A DNA stretch of 64,000 bases, from NCBI GenBank assembly GCA_002104945.1, contig MCFH01000031.1, positions 248,001-312,000 of the forward strand. Direction: 5' to 3'. The position numbers were made by a program, and so were the translations under genes. The notes beneath the pieces were generated by a model. The model searched no databases. It saw only the letters and a program-made list of their open reading frames with translations, and was not told the origin of the DNA. This DNA is from Piromyces finnis finn. Lineage: Eukaryota; Fungi; Neocallimastigomycota. Below, one piece after another: positions 20,583 through 35,338 of the stretch. Every line of letters begins with the position of its first letter. Position 1 is the stretch's first letter.

Positions 20583-22876
20583 ATGTTACTTTTTGATAAA
20601 CTTTAATATTATATTTTTTTTAAAAAAAAAAGGTTTTTTTTTTTAAAAAAAATTTATATGTTTATAAATTCAGTATTGCTTTTTCTTTGATTGTTTTGAT
20701 TAGTAATGTAAAAAGGAATTGAAAATTTCTTTAAAAATTACTTAAATATAAAAAAAAATAAGCTTTTTTTTTTTTTTTTTTTGACTATTAGATGTTTATT
20801 TTAAGTTCTAAACCTATTAAAAATGTAATTAGAATATAACAATTATGTTAATACAATGATTCAAAAACCATATTTTATTTTTATATAAAGAGTTGTCAAT
20901 AATTATTATTTTTCACATTATATTTTTTTTTTCAATAACATTTTACTTTTTTATCCATTTTTACGCCATTATTTTTATTACTATTGTTTTTTCTTTCGAA
21001 ATAAGATAAATAATATAATTTCCTCTAAACACATTTTCAATTTATTATTTACAATATTATTATTGTAAATATACAAAATATATAATAATTTATTTTCTAT
21101 TAAACAATTTATCATACTTTTCATTGTTCAATCATTTACATTTTCTAATTATATAATTTTACTTTTCATCATTTCTTATACATTACATTATAATTTTTCA
21201 ATAAAATATTACCTTTTAAATCTAGAATTTTTTTTTTATTTGATTATTTTATTTTCTCAAAGAAGAAAATGACAGAAATTTGTTTTTTCTTTATATATTT
21301 TAAAATATAAAAAATGTGAAAAGTAAATTTTAAAAAAAGAAAGAAATTTCAATATATTTATATTTTTAAAAATATATTAAAAACTAATTCTTTATTTAAT
21401 ATATTATATAGTCAATTCTAATATATTATATATTTTTAAAGTTTCTATTTTACTTTTTAATTTTATTATATATACCAGGTTGAAATTTTTAAAATTATGA
21501 GATTTTTCAAAATATATTGAATAATATATATAAATGTTTAAAAATAAATATATTTTATCCTTGAAAATTTTACCAATATTTTCAATATAAAATTGATTAT
21601 ACTATAATACAATGTAATATATTTATGTTAACATAGTCTAATATAATAATGCATATATTATAGTATATTAAATATATATCAATATTTTTATATAGAATTA
21701 AAATTTTGTTTTATAATAATTAAAATTTCTTTAACTTTAATTCATGATTTTTCTATTAGAGCCTGACTATATATTTTATAATATAATATAATATAATACA
21801 CAATATATTATATTTGCTATTGATGTAAATTATTTATATTACTTATATTATAATTTAAATAAAAAAACATAAAATATATTAAACTCTAATATATTATTAT
21901 TTTCATCCTTTAAATTATCAAAATATTAATTAATTCTTTTTATCATTAGACTTTTATATTAGTAAATAAAATTATTTATTATCTTAATATACAATAATAT
22001 ATTGTATCATATATTAAACCATTATATTAATACATTATTAAATAATATTCAATATTGAATAATAATTAGTAATTAATAAATAACAAGCACTAATTTAGGG
22101 CCATCATTAGTGATGCTAATAAAATAGCAAGTGGAATTTAATATAATAATAGTATTATTATCGAAATAAAACAATTTATATATATAAAAAGTTATTTATT
22201 AAAGTTCAAAGGTAAAATTAGTTTTGTGAAGAGAATAAATAAAAAAAAAAAAAAGAATATCGCCATTGTATTGTATAATATACAGAAATTAAGGAAAATT
22301 TATAATAACTTTAGTAATTTCCAAAGGAATACAAAAGGTTATGAAATAAATTTATTATTAATATTTACATATATAGAAATAAAAGAATCCTCTAATAATT
22401 ATTATTTCTTAGTTTTAAAAGTAAAATATTACTTTAAAATATTAATATATATTAAACACTAAATAGAAATATATATGTTTATTAGTTTAAACCATTAAAA
22501 ATTAGTCAAGGTCATTGGAATCAAGGGGAAAAAGGATAAATATATAGAAAAGATATCATTTGTCCTTTCACTAGTCATGAATTAATTTTAAGTATTAATT
22601 AAAAATTTTATTTTATTAAAAAAAAAACAATAAAATTTTAATAGTAGAATAGTATAAAATTTCATTTTATACATAAATAAAATATTTTTGTTAAATGTAA
22701 CTTATATAAAGTTATTAGTTGCATCATTTAATTAATAAAAATTGTTACTCTAAACTTTTTTAATATAGATGCAGTAATATAATTATTACTATTTTATTAT
22801 TATATTTTTAAAAGTAATAATTAATAATTATTTATTAAATTATATTTTAACATTTTTTTTTGCCTTATGAAGGTTA

Positions 22877-22960
22877 AGTATTTATTTTTTTTTTTTAACT
22901 TTGATTTCATTACTAATAAAAGTATTTTTTTTTTTAACTTTGATTTCATTACTAATAAAA
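22877..22960. repeat. Local tandem duplication (~40 bp x2)
   Basis: AGTATTT...TTAACTTTGATTTCATTACTAATAAAA occurs twice head-to-tail, differing in the T run. Confidence 0.85.
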
Positions 22961-25900
22961 AATAAGAGCGCCATCAAGTCTTAAAAATTAAATTTAATAA
23001 ATATATAGAAATAATATTTTTAAATAATATATTAAAATTGAAGAACATGATGTTTTTAAAGGATTATATTACTTATTAAGAATAAATACAATATCATTAA
23101 TATAATTCCAATAAGTTTTATAATATTTTCTTTCTTTTTTCTTTTTTTTTTTTATAGAATTTGAAGAAAAGTTTATTTGAAGGTAATTTACTAAAATTTA
23201 GTAATTTTATTAAATATTAAATATTTGATTGTTTTAAAATTATATAACTAAAAAAAAGAACTGTACCACAATTCTGGTTATAACATTAAAGATAAACCAC
23301 ATTTCATATATAGAATTAAATTAATTATTAAATAGTGTATTCTATATATATTATAAGAATATAATAATTCTTTTTATGCTATTATTTTATTTATTATCAT
23401 ATAATCATTGTAAAGGAGGAGACAATGACTAGTATATTAGGATTATGATAATTATAATATTCAACATAATATTATGAAAAAAAATATATATTTATAGTAC
23501 AGTTAAAATATTAAAAGGTCATTTCATTTTTAATTCATTGACTTTTTCCAATAAAAATTTATAGAGGTAAAATATCTTTTTTTTTTTTTTATTTTTTATT
23601 TTTTTTTGCGGTCATATGCCAATAACTTAAAAGTTTAAAACCTTTTTCATTACATTTAGTATTTAGTAATTATTTTAAAATAATATATTATTAAGTACTA
23701 ATTATATATAGTTTAATAACCTTTCAAAATTAATAAAAAAGTCATGAAAAATTTAAAATAGTAAAAATTAATAGAATGTATAAAGTGAAATGGTATTTTT
23801 CTTTTTAAAAAATAATAATATAAAAAATAAACTTATTAATAATGATATCATTAATGTATAGAGTTTTATTCACCTTTTTTTTTTTTTGTCAATTTTGAAT
23901 TTTTTATTGTCACAAATTAATATAATAAAATTTTTGTATTGAATAAATGTATAAATGTATAATTTAAAAAATAATGCCAAAAATAAACACTATTAATAAA
24001 ATACTAATGATAAGTAGGAGAATTAAATAAAAATAAAAATTTTATTAATTATAACTAATAAATAATATATAACTCTAGTATATATATAAAACAATCTAAT
24101 TGCGAATAATAGGGTATATTATAAAAAAAAAAAAAGAAAAAAAAAAAAAAACGCCATGATTTTTTATTATCTCTTTAATAATGTACATTATAATTTACAG
24201 AAAATTTTTTGAATTAGTTAATTTGTTTTAATAAATCAATTAATTTTTATTCTGTATAAAAATAAAATGTTGATAAAGAAAATAAATAATTATTTACAAC
24301 TATAATATTTATTATTAAAATCTAATAATAATATACTCAACTCAATAGTTAAAGAGATAGTTAAATAAATAAATAAAATAATAAAAATGAACTGATTTAA
24401 TACCAGATAAAATTAAATTTCATGGTAAATTATGGTTTTATTAATGATATTTGATGATATCCTTTCTGTATTATTGCTAAATTGATTATTCTAAATGTAA
24501 AATTTTTTGTTAGAATATATATCCAAGTGTTGTATTTTATTTTTTTTATGTTATGTAGTAATTTCTAAAAATGACTTCTATGATTTCAACAAAATTGTAA
24601 AAATTTCATTTAAAAAATATTCATAGCCAATTTTTGTTAGAAAATCAAATTTCGAGAAAATACTTGAATTTCGAATACCATTTTTAAATTAGAATTTATA
24701 ATATATAGTCATAAATTTATGTAATAGTAATGATATAACGTGATATATATTATGGTTAACCTAAAGAGTAAATTTTTTTATTATAAATTTTATTATGTTT
24801 CAATATTTTTTTTATCCCTCAATTTTAAAACTTTTTTTTTTTCCATATATTATATTTTACTATAATAAAATTTCTTTTTAATAAGTATTCTTTTATCCTT
24901 TTCATTCCTTAATTAGGTTTACAAAGTAATTAATTATTCAATTATAATATTATAATTAATTCTATATGAATTATATTATATATTACGTACCATTACATTA
25001 CATACTCTTCTACATTTATTTATTGTATTATGAATCAACTATTTAATAATAAAAAAAGTTCATATATATATTTTTTTAAAAAAATATTTTATTTAAAATT
25101 TTAAAATTTTAATATATTAATTTAATTTTAATTAAAAATCAAATCATAAATATAATCACCTAAACCTTCCATAAAAGGTCAATATAAACATTTTTTTTTA
25201 ATTAAGTATTTTAATATTACAATTAAAATTAAATTATTTCTCATTTTAATTCAGGTTAAAGAGTTTTGGCTTTAAATTAACAAGAACAAGTCTTTGTAGA
25301 ACCACTTATCAAACTTTATATTTAATTTCAGAGAATCAGTAACTTTTATAGTTTTTTCACTTTTGTGTGTATATATTTTGTAAATGTCAATTTTCAATAA
25401 CAATTAATTCCTAAATATATGTTATATATGTTAATGTATTAAATAATTATAGTAGAATAAAAGTATTTTCATTTAAACAACAAAACTATGATTAAATATA
25501 ATCTGATTTATTAAAAAAATACATAGATATGAAAAAAATCCATTATAAATCTTTAAAAATATTATATATATTTGGATTATGTATTAATAAATGAGGATAA
25601 TATATAATTATTTAATTCTCAAACACGTAAATTCCATTTATTCATAGATTAATTATTAGATATTAAATATCATTCTCTTTCCCTTATATATATTATTCTA
25701 TGATATTACATATAAATTTTTTAATAATTATAAATGAGTTTGTAATATTAATAATTAAATAATAATAATAATAAGAATACCAACAAAATCAATAATAAAA
25801 CAATAGAATTATTATATTTTAAGGAAATAATACATTTAACATTCTAATAATTTTGTCTAAAAAAATTAAAAAAAAATAATAATACAATACAATTAAATTA

Positions 25901-26005
25901 GAGAAAAATAAAAAATAAATTATTATATATATTTTAATAATTGAAATTAATAAATAGAACAAATATTTTATCATTAACATTCATTTTATTATTTTTTTTT
26001 TAAGA

Positions 26006-29000
26006 ATGAAAGCTATTGTCAATGCAAAAGATAATGAAAATAATATGTCAAATGTTTTAATGAATAAAACAATAAAAAAAACTAGTGCTTCCTTTAAAAC
26101 AGGAGAGTCAGGAAAAAAAATAAAAATTGATATAAATGATATGAGTTCAGATTTTAATATTAATAAAAATAAAAAAATAATAGTAAATTCACCTGCTGTA
26201 TCATCTCCATTGACAATTATTAAACATATTTCTAAAGAAATTAATCAAAAATATCAAGAAGAGGAAGAAGAAATTGACAATTTTAATGATATTGATTGTG
26301 ATGAATTAGAAAATAAGTTGGATTTATATAGAAATCATGATGAAAGTTTTAATTCAATAAATAATAAAAATAATCTTTATTTTGGAACTTATGAAGATTT
26401 ATGTAGTAGCTCAAATTTTAATTCAAACTCTATGACTACAAGTTATTCATTGAAAAATATTTCAACTTTTAACAATGATATATACGTTGATGAAAAAAAA
26501 AACAAGAAAAAAAAACATATTACCATTAATGGCCCTATTACATTTCCTAATTCTGATGATAAAAATAACATATCCACAAATGGTGAAGTAATAAATAATT
26601 TCAATGTACACAAGAATAATTCTACTCCTAATACTCCTGTATCAACTTTGGCTGATAAAGTATGCAATTTAAAGTATCCATTTACATCATTTATATTGAA
26701 AAAGAAACTAGGAAAACGTGCAAATAAAAGTTCCAGTGTTTTAGATAATCATGAAGATAAAGGAAAAGATGATAATTATTTATATAATAATCATTTTGAT
26801 AATGCAAAAAATAATTCTTTTAATATGATTTCAAGTTATAATAAAAATATTAATAACCATAAGGGTTTAAGTGAATCAGTGTTAGAATTATATGATTCAA
26901 AAGAAAATACAGAGGAAAAACAAAAATTAAGTGATGAAAATAAAATTGGTAGTCCTTTAGGAGAGATAGTAGATTTAGACATCTCATCAATTAAAAAATC
27001 AAATTCTAATCCGAAAATAATAGATAATACAAGTCGAAGTATATCTCAATCTACTATAAATTATGCTAATAATATGACTACCGTAACCTCTGATACTATT
27101 ACTGGTACTATTCACAATTTAAATAATAAAAACGGTAATAAAATACCAATTGAAATTTATGATGATGAAGATTTTGACTTTAGTGGTATACAGGAAAATC
27201 AGACCTTGAAACTTAATGAAAATTTAATGGGGTCCAATTCTTCTTCAAGTTATAATTCTATTAATTTCAATCCTCTCTTTCAGAAAAACTCTCTCAATAA
27301 TGATGTTTTTAACAATATCAATAAAATTAGTAATAGTAATAATAGCAGTAAAAATAATAGTAATAATCATGTAGAAGTATACGATGATGAAGATTTTGAT
27401 TTCACCGATTTAAGTGATCAAAAACTAAAAATTGATGAAAAATTACTCCGACCAAATGCAAATAATCAGCCGTTAAATTTAAAAGTATTGTTAGATATGA
27501 AAGAAAAATCAGATGATTCAAAACTACCTTATAATACAATATCATTATCAACTTACCTTTCAACCAATCCAGATGCTAAAAAGAAGAATGGGCTAATAAA
27601 TAAAAATATGGAATCATATATTGATGATGATTTTGATGATTTTGATAGTCAAGATGTAAAAACAAATTTGGATCCAAATACTAGTTGTGTTGATAATGAT
27701 GCCGCTGTAAGTAAATCAATGGAAAGTAAAAAATCTATGAAAAGTGTAAATCAAAATAATAATAATAAATTCCAAAACATAGAAATCTACGATGATAATG
27801 ATTTTGATTTTACTGATATTGGAAATCAACCAATAAAAATTGATGAAAAATTGCTAAATCCAAATCGTGGTAATCCTAATATGTTTAATCCTTATAGTAT
27901 ATGTGAAATAAATAATATTAAGGGTAAATCAAATGATTCCAAAACCTCAATGAAAACACCATATCAAACTATATCATTAAATTCTTTTCATTCTTACCTT
28001 ACTAAAGATAAGTTTACTAAAGATAATAATTTAACTAACATTATTAATAATGAATATGAAAATTTACTGTCTGAAACAAAACATACATTTGATGATACTT
28101 TTTCTTTAAGTAGTAATGATTCTGATTTCCTTTCCGGGAAATCAGAATCAGCTGCTCCTATAAAGAAAAATACTAATTCTAAATCTAGCAGCGATAATAG
28201 TAATATTAGAAATCAAAAAGAACATATCGACTTCTTGAAAGATACAACTTTAATTTCACAAACCACTCAAAGTAAAATAGATGATGATATTGAAAGTAAA
28301 GATAATATAAATGGGTATAAAGATGATAATCAAAAGGATAATACTCATACTTTAATGAAAGATAATGTAAACAACATTAATCCAGTATATAGATGTGATT
28401 CTCTTAAAGCTATCATTTTCCAGAAATTTTTTGGTATTGAGCCGAAAGAAGATGTTAGTGAGAATTTTCAGGAAACAAATGATGAAGCTTATCATTGTTT
28501 ATTAGATGAACTTACAGATATTATTTCCAATGGAATAAGAAATTCAGCATCAGAAGATCAAGAAAAGACTAAGGATGTAAGAAAAATTATTGCAGATATT
28601 AATCAAAGAGGTATTGAAATGAGAAAAGCAGCTCATGTTCATCCATTAAATCAGTCTTCTGTTTTTTCATCTGAACAAGATGCCCATCATGCTGTAAAAG
28701 GTAAAAATATTTTGAAAAAGAAAAAGCGTCATGCAAAAAAAAATACCCATAAAGTTGGAAAAAGTTCCAATGCCTCTTCTACTATTCTTCGTGAAATGGA
28801 TTTCTTTAAAAAGAATATGACATTGGATAAAAATATAAAAGATGTTTTAGAAGATAACAATAAAAAGGAAAAGTCTATTGAAGAAGATAAAGTATTACAA
28901 GATACTCAAGTTGAATCTGAGAAGCCTATTTCTAAAATTCGAGTTTCAAGTGATGGGTCTTTAATTCCAAATACTTTTTCTGAAATATTTAAACAAAGTA

Positions 29001-30365
29001 TTGCTGTTAAAGCACCTATCAACTATGAACAATCAAATTCCATGGATCGAGAACAAGTGCCATTATCAAAATCATTTAATAAGTCATCCTCGAGTCGATT
29101 ACAATATCATAAATTTTTAAGTAAGAATCAATTTGTTCTTTCCGATTCAATGATTAGACATATTAATCGTTTTAAAACATCTTCTCAAGAAAATGCTAAT
29201 TATTCTATAGATAATTTATTTGATTCTTTACAAAGTCAAGAAATTCTTGATAAGATATTATCTAATCATGATAATGTAATCGATAATAATTCATTGAGTG
29301 AGCTATTAGCTGCTGAATTTCAATCTATTAGTGATTACGATGAGGAAACAAAATTTAATTTGAATTCAGAGCCTTCTCTTGATAATTTCAATCGTAAAAA
29401 TCTTAATGCTTCCATTTCAAAGGATAAAGTGAAAAGGGCATTCAAGTATATTGACTCTATTCGTAAAACAAATTTAGACACAAATATTACTTCTCCTATC
29501 AATTCTTTATTTTCATCCAAACGTAACCAACGTTCATGGAATGGTTATGATAAAGTGACTACTTTTAAAAGAAATCACCTTTATTATACTATCATGGATA
29601 TTATTAATGATATTAAAAATGATATTTTTTGTAATCCATGGAATGAATTAAATGAGTATGTAGATGATAATAGTTTAAAAAAAAATTTTTTTTTTCCCAT
29701 ATTAATGAAAAAAGTTATTTATATAATATATATATATACTTTTTAAACTAATAAAATTTTATATGATGGTTTTATTAGAAAATTAAATAAAGCTATTCTA
29801 GAGAATATTGAATGGGAAGAGTCAATACAACAATTTCAAACACATTGGAAACGAGAGCGTCAAACATTCCCGGAACTTCAAGTAAATATTGAGTGATATA
29901 GAATAACGAGGATAAAAAAAATTAAAAAAATTATTTATCATTATTATTATTTATTATTTATTATTTATTTTATTTTTTTTATTTTTATTTTTATTATTTA
30001 AATAGTCTGAATTAGAAAAATGGAATGATGAATATAATGAACAAATGAATATAATTGAAGAATATAATCGTGAATTAAAAATTCTTGATCAACAAATAAA
30101 TCTTAGAAAACAGAGAACCAAACAATTTCTAATGTTATTTATTGGTTTAATATTTACCGAAATAATAGTTCTTTTCTATTTAAGGTAAGAGATATTAGTA
30201 TAATAAAAAAAATATTTATTTCATTTTTGAATAATTGTTAATATTAAATTATATCAAAGATTCTTTATATTTACAGATACAATACCTTCTAATATGAATA
30301 CTAATGGTTTTTGGCTTCCTTATCTTAAAACTGTTATTCAAAATATTTATCCTTTTAATAAATAA
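26006..30365 (+). CDS. Large low-complexity protein with repeated acidic YDDxDFDF motifs, C-terminal coiled coil and TM helix (tail-anchored), 4 exons
   Basis: Exon 1 runs from 26006 to a GTATGT donor near 29656, then phase-compatible exons at about 29780-29881 and 30006-30184 (TM FLMLFIGLIFTEIIVLFYL), and a last exon from 30260 (AAG acceptor, stop 30365) or 30277 (CAG acceptor, stop 30292). Confidence 0.75.
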
Positions 30366-30963
30366 ATCTTTTAAATTTTTTATTTAAAATTCAATTAAAT
30401 CCGATATACATTCATTACATCCTTTTTTATTTTTTATTTTTTGTATTACCATTTTAATCCTAATTTATAATATAAATTTATAATATCCCCATACTATAAT
30501 AGATGTCACTTTAATAATATATATATTTTTAAAATTAAAAAAAAAAATTTAAAAATAAAAGAAAAAAAAAAACTGGAAATACACAAAATTATGTTATTTT
30601 AATTAAATTTATTATTTTCAAAAATTTTGAAATATTTATATAAAAGAGAATGATGTTGAAAATTTAGTAATATTATAATAAATTAAAATTTAAATAAATT
30701 AATATATAAAAATATAAAAAAGTAATAATATTTTTTTTTTGTTAATATTTTTGTGTATATATCTTTTTATAACGTATGATTATATATATAAAATAATTCT
30801 ATTGTAATGAAAATTTATAATTTCTTTTTGTTTATGAAGAGATTTTCATATTTTCTACATCATATAAAAATTATAAGCGTTAATAAATAAAAGGCGTTTT
30901 TTCTCCTTGGTTCTAATGAATTATAATTCTATCTATTTTTTTTTCGAATATATTATATATTAT

Positions 30964-33265
30964 TTAACGAGTCCATTGTCTGCCATCACTACTTCTTTTA
31001 CCAGAAGCGTCAGTAATGGAAGATTTTTGTTTTAAAAAGTGTTCCTTTCCTTCAATAGCCTTCTTATTTTTATAACCGGCACCGAAGCCACCACCACCTC
31101 CACGTCTTTGAATTCTATCGGTCTTTTGACTAGCACCAATTGTAATATTAACATGTGGTGGAACAGTGAAACCGTAAGCCTTAGCAACCTTTTGTAAATC
31201 TAAACTATTAACGTTGAAAATCTTTTTAAGAGAATGTGAAGCATAAGCTTGAAGATAGGAACGGTAACCATCACGAGCTGATTTATTTAAGTAGTAGTTC
31301 TTTTCAACAAGTTTTTCTAATTGAGATTGAACATTGGCAATTTTGTTTAATGGGAATTGATATTCGTTTAATGGAACTTTAGCATGCTTAAGGAAACGAA
31401 GGAAACCTAATTCAGTTGGTAATAAGAAAAGAAGAGCATGACCACTCTTGTTTAAACCACGAGCAGTACGACCGACACGATGAATATATTCTTTTGGATC
31501 ATCTGGTGGATCATATTGAATAATCCAATCAACAGCTGGAATATCTAAACCACGAGCAGCAACATCTGTACATAATAAAATACCAGTATCAGAATTAACA
31601 AATTCAAAGAAAGTGTTGGTTCTTTTTTGTTGCTTTTGACGACCGTGAAGTTCTAAAACTGGAATATCAATGTAGTTTAATAATTCAGCGTGATATTTAA
31701 CAGAATTACATGAGGAAAAGAAAACAATAACCTTTTTTTTTAAATTCTTTTTTAAGAAAGTAAATAATAATAAGAATCTTTTGTCACTTGGACAAATAAC
31801 ATAACCTTGTTCTAAACCTTCAACAGTAGCATTTTCTTTGTGTTCATCAACATTAATATATAATGGAGAACGCTTTAATGAAACACGAGCTAAATCTTCA
31901 ACCTTAGTGGTTTGAGTAGCAGAGAAGAACATAGTTTGACGTTCTTTAATATTATAATTTCATATATCATATACAATTTTTATTTTGGTTTGAATATAAA
32001 ATAATTGTAATTTATTTGCAATTTAATTTTATATTAATATATATATTTTAAATAATATTTAATTAATATTTTTTTCGATTATTCATTATTCAAAAGAAAT
32101 AATTCATATTTTTTAATTAAAATTTACCTTTTGGAAGTAATTTAATAATTTGTTTCATTTCTTCTTCGAAACCAACTTCTAAAATTCTATCAGCTTCATC
32201 AATAACTAAACATTTTAAATTTTTGAAGATGAATCCTTTGGTATTCTATTTTATTTAATAATTTTTTTTATAATTTTAAAGAATAAACAATATTTTCTTA
32301 ATAAATCAATTTCATTATTTAAAAGTTTGTAATATATAAAACATTATTATAATTAATATATTAAACTAATCTTACTTGAAGATGATCTAATAAACGACCT
32401 GGTGTTGAAACAAGTAAGTTAACACCCTTTGCTAACTTTTCAGCTTCAGCTTTTCTGTTTGCACCACCCATAACAATACCAAAAGTTTGGTGATGATATT
32501 TCATTAATTCCTTAGCAACACCAAAAATTTGAAGAGCTAATTCACGAGTTGGTGAAATAATGACAACACCAGTACCGTTTCTTGGTTTGAACTTTAAGCG
32601 AGCTAACATTTCAATAACTGGAATTAAGAAAGCTAATGTTTTACCAGAACCAGTCTTAGCAGCACCTAAAATATCACGACCAGTTAAAGCTGCTGGAATT
32701 GAACGGGCTTGAACTTCAGTCATTTTCTTAAAACCCATTTCTTGAATGGCTTTTAAGGTATTTTCAGAAGCTTTAAGAGCTTGGAAATCCTTATCAATTT
32801 CCTTATCAGCTAAATTATTTCAATCATTTTTATTTTTTTCAGATTTTTAAAAATTTGATTATTAATTGATAAGAAATTGTTTCATATTAATAATATTTAA
32901 TTTAGTTAATACTTTTATTTTTGATTTTTATAATAGTAAATCAATAATATTTGTTATTATAATTACTCATTTGATTGACTAATTCTCCGGAATTTTCTGT
33001 GGATTCTTCCATAACTTGATCTTCTATTTCTTTTAATTTCAATTTATTTATTTTATAAATTTTTATTTTAATAGATTTAATATTAATATTTTAATGATAA
33101 AATAATATTAAAAGATTAATAATTTTTTACTGAAATGTCTTTTATATATGATTTTTAAAGGAAAAATATATGTAATTTTAACTATACTTATTTTACAATT
33201 ATAATATTTATAATATATATAATATATTTTATTATTTTATTTATACCTTTATTATCCTTACTCAT
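30964..33265 (-). CDS. HAS1: ATP-dependent DEAD-box RNA helicase HAS1/DDX18, 5 exons
   Basis: Phase-consistent exons 33265-33247, 33029-32967, 32809-32376, 32245-32128, 31943-30964. Motifs [49 protein letters not shown] and the HAS1 C-terminal domain. Confidence 0.96.
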
Positions 33266-33520
33266 TTTATTATAATATTACTAAAACAAATTTATAATGA
33301 ATAATAAAAAAATATAATATTAAAAATTATAAAAAAGTTGAGCAAAGAAAAAAAAAATTATTTTTTTTTTTTTAAAATATTTAAACATAAAGGTAATTTA
33401 ATATAAAATAAAGTTGATTAAGAATTTATTTTAATTAAATCTTTCAAAATATTAAATAATTTTATTATCATTAAAATAATGTACATTCAAAAACTGATTA
33501 TTCTACATTATTAAATAAAT

Positions 33521-33558
33521 ATGATTGGTGAAAAATATAATTTAATATATATGATTGG
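33521..33558 (-). promoter_or_regulatory. Tandem CCAAT boxes upstream of HAS1
   Basis: ATGATTGG at 33521 and 33551, 256 and 286 bp upstream of the inferred ATG. Confidence 0.45.
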
Positions 33559-33717
33559 ATATTATTCATTTTTAAAATTTAAAATTTAAAGTTTTATTCT
33601 ATATTAAATTATTTTGAAAATAAAAATAATGTTTTTATAAAAATACCTATTAATATAAATATAATAAAATAAAGTTAAACAAATTATATTCATTTTAGTA
33701 TATAAGATCACTGAATT

Positions 33718-33887
<170 letters not shown>

Positions 33888-34486
33888 ATTATAATTGATA
33901 ATTGTATTTTACTTATTTTATTTAATATTACATTTAATTTTATTCTTTTCGTGAAATATACAATTTTTGTATTTGTTATTTATTTCATTATAAAATAATG
34001 AAGTATAGTTATAATTATTAGTTTATTACATAGTTATTAATACTTATCTTCTATAAAAATAATTAAATTAATGTTTATTTTTTTATATATTTTTATATAA
34101 CATTATTTATTAATATTAATTTTGCAAATTTATTATTTATTATATCACAATAATTATTATTTATATTAAACAAAGGATAAAAAATATTTATATTTAGATA
34201 CTTAAAAGGAAAAAAAAAATATGAAATATATAAATAAAAAAAGAAAACTATTGTTATTATTTCCACCCCTAATTTTTATTTTAACTTATTAATTATTCTT
34301 TTTTGTGTATGTTTACTTAATTCCTCTTTGTTTTCATCTTTATCCTTAAGATAAAAGACCAATTCATATCGAGTCGAATATTGTTTTTATCTATAGTAAT
34401 AATAATAATAATATTTTTTTTTTTTTTTTTTAAAAAAAAAGAAATTAAAAAAAAACATATAATATAGTATATAAGAAATATATTTC

Positions 34487-35338
34487 TTAAGGATAATATT
34501 GAATTCCAAAAACATTTAATCCAACTTTCGATATATTTAACCCAATTGTTTCTTCACAACCTGTAATATCCAAAAATTTTAATCTTTTACATTTTTTGAT
34601 AATTTGAGAGATTGATTTTTCAGTAACTAATTCACATCCCGTTAAATCCAATTCCTCCAAATTTGGACAATGCTCGGCTTAAGTGAATAAAATAGTTGTT
34701 AGAGTATAATAATTAAAGAAAGAAAAATACATTGTATATATACCATTATATTTATAAAGAATGCAATAACGTAATAACATAAAGTTATAATGATTTTATT
34801 ATGAATATTAGTTGAAAATTGTGAAATAAAATATTTTTTACTTAAATATATATTTACCCAAATCTATGATAGTTTCATCAGTTATACTATTGCAAAATGA
34901 AATATCCAATGCTTTAAATTGTAGTCCATAAAGTTTAACAATGCTTCTAATAGTTTTATCTTTTAAACATTTGCAAGTATTTAGGTTTAATGTATGAATA
35001 TTTGGACATGCATTTAAAATAGAAAGTAAATGGTCTGTTTTAACATCTAACCAACGATGAGGTATGTATTTTAAATTTACCTCTTCTACGTAATTACTAG
35101 GTGGTTTTAATTCTTTGATATAGCAATTAAATGGAAAACTATTAATTGCACAATTTTTTTTTGTTATAGTATTAATAAATATTCGTAGTGATTTTGCAGA
35201 AGTAATTAATGGTGCTTTATAAAGAATTGGTAATGTTAAATAATAAAGATTATGAGAAACTAATAAACAAGAATAAAGATTTCCAAATTTATCTAATTCT
35301 TTTAAAATTGATATTAAAATCTCATTAGGTAAAATCAT
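34487..35338 (-). CDS. F-box / leucine-rich repeat protein (FBXL/Grr1-like), 2 exons
   Basis: F-box start MILPNEILISILKEL; cysteine-containing LRRs (CPNIHTLNLNTCK, LDISFCNSITD, CPNLEELDLTGCELVT). Exons 35338-34858 and 34677-34487. Confidence 0.85.

Noticed and set aside
22226-22462. 78-aa ORF, plus similar short ORFs at 38110 and 56941
   Set aside because: GTG or low-complexity starts with composition of AT-rich intergenic or microsatellite DNA; no splice or motif support.
24380-24700. Slightly GC-richer stretch that might be an LRR pseudogene on the minus strand
   Set aside because: Frames are short and interrupted, with no convincing motif.
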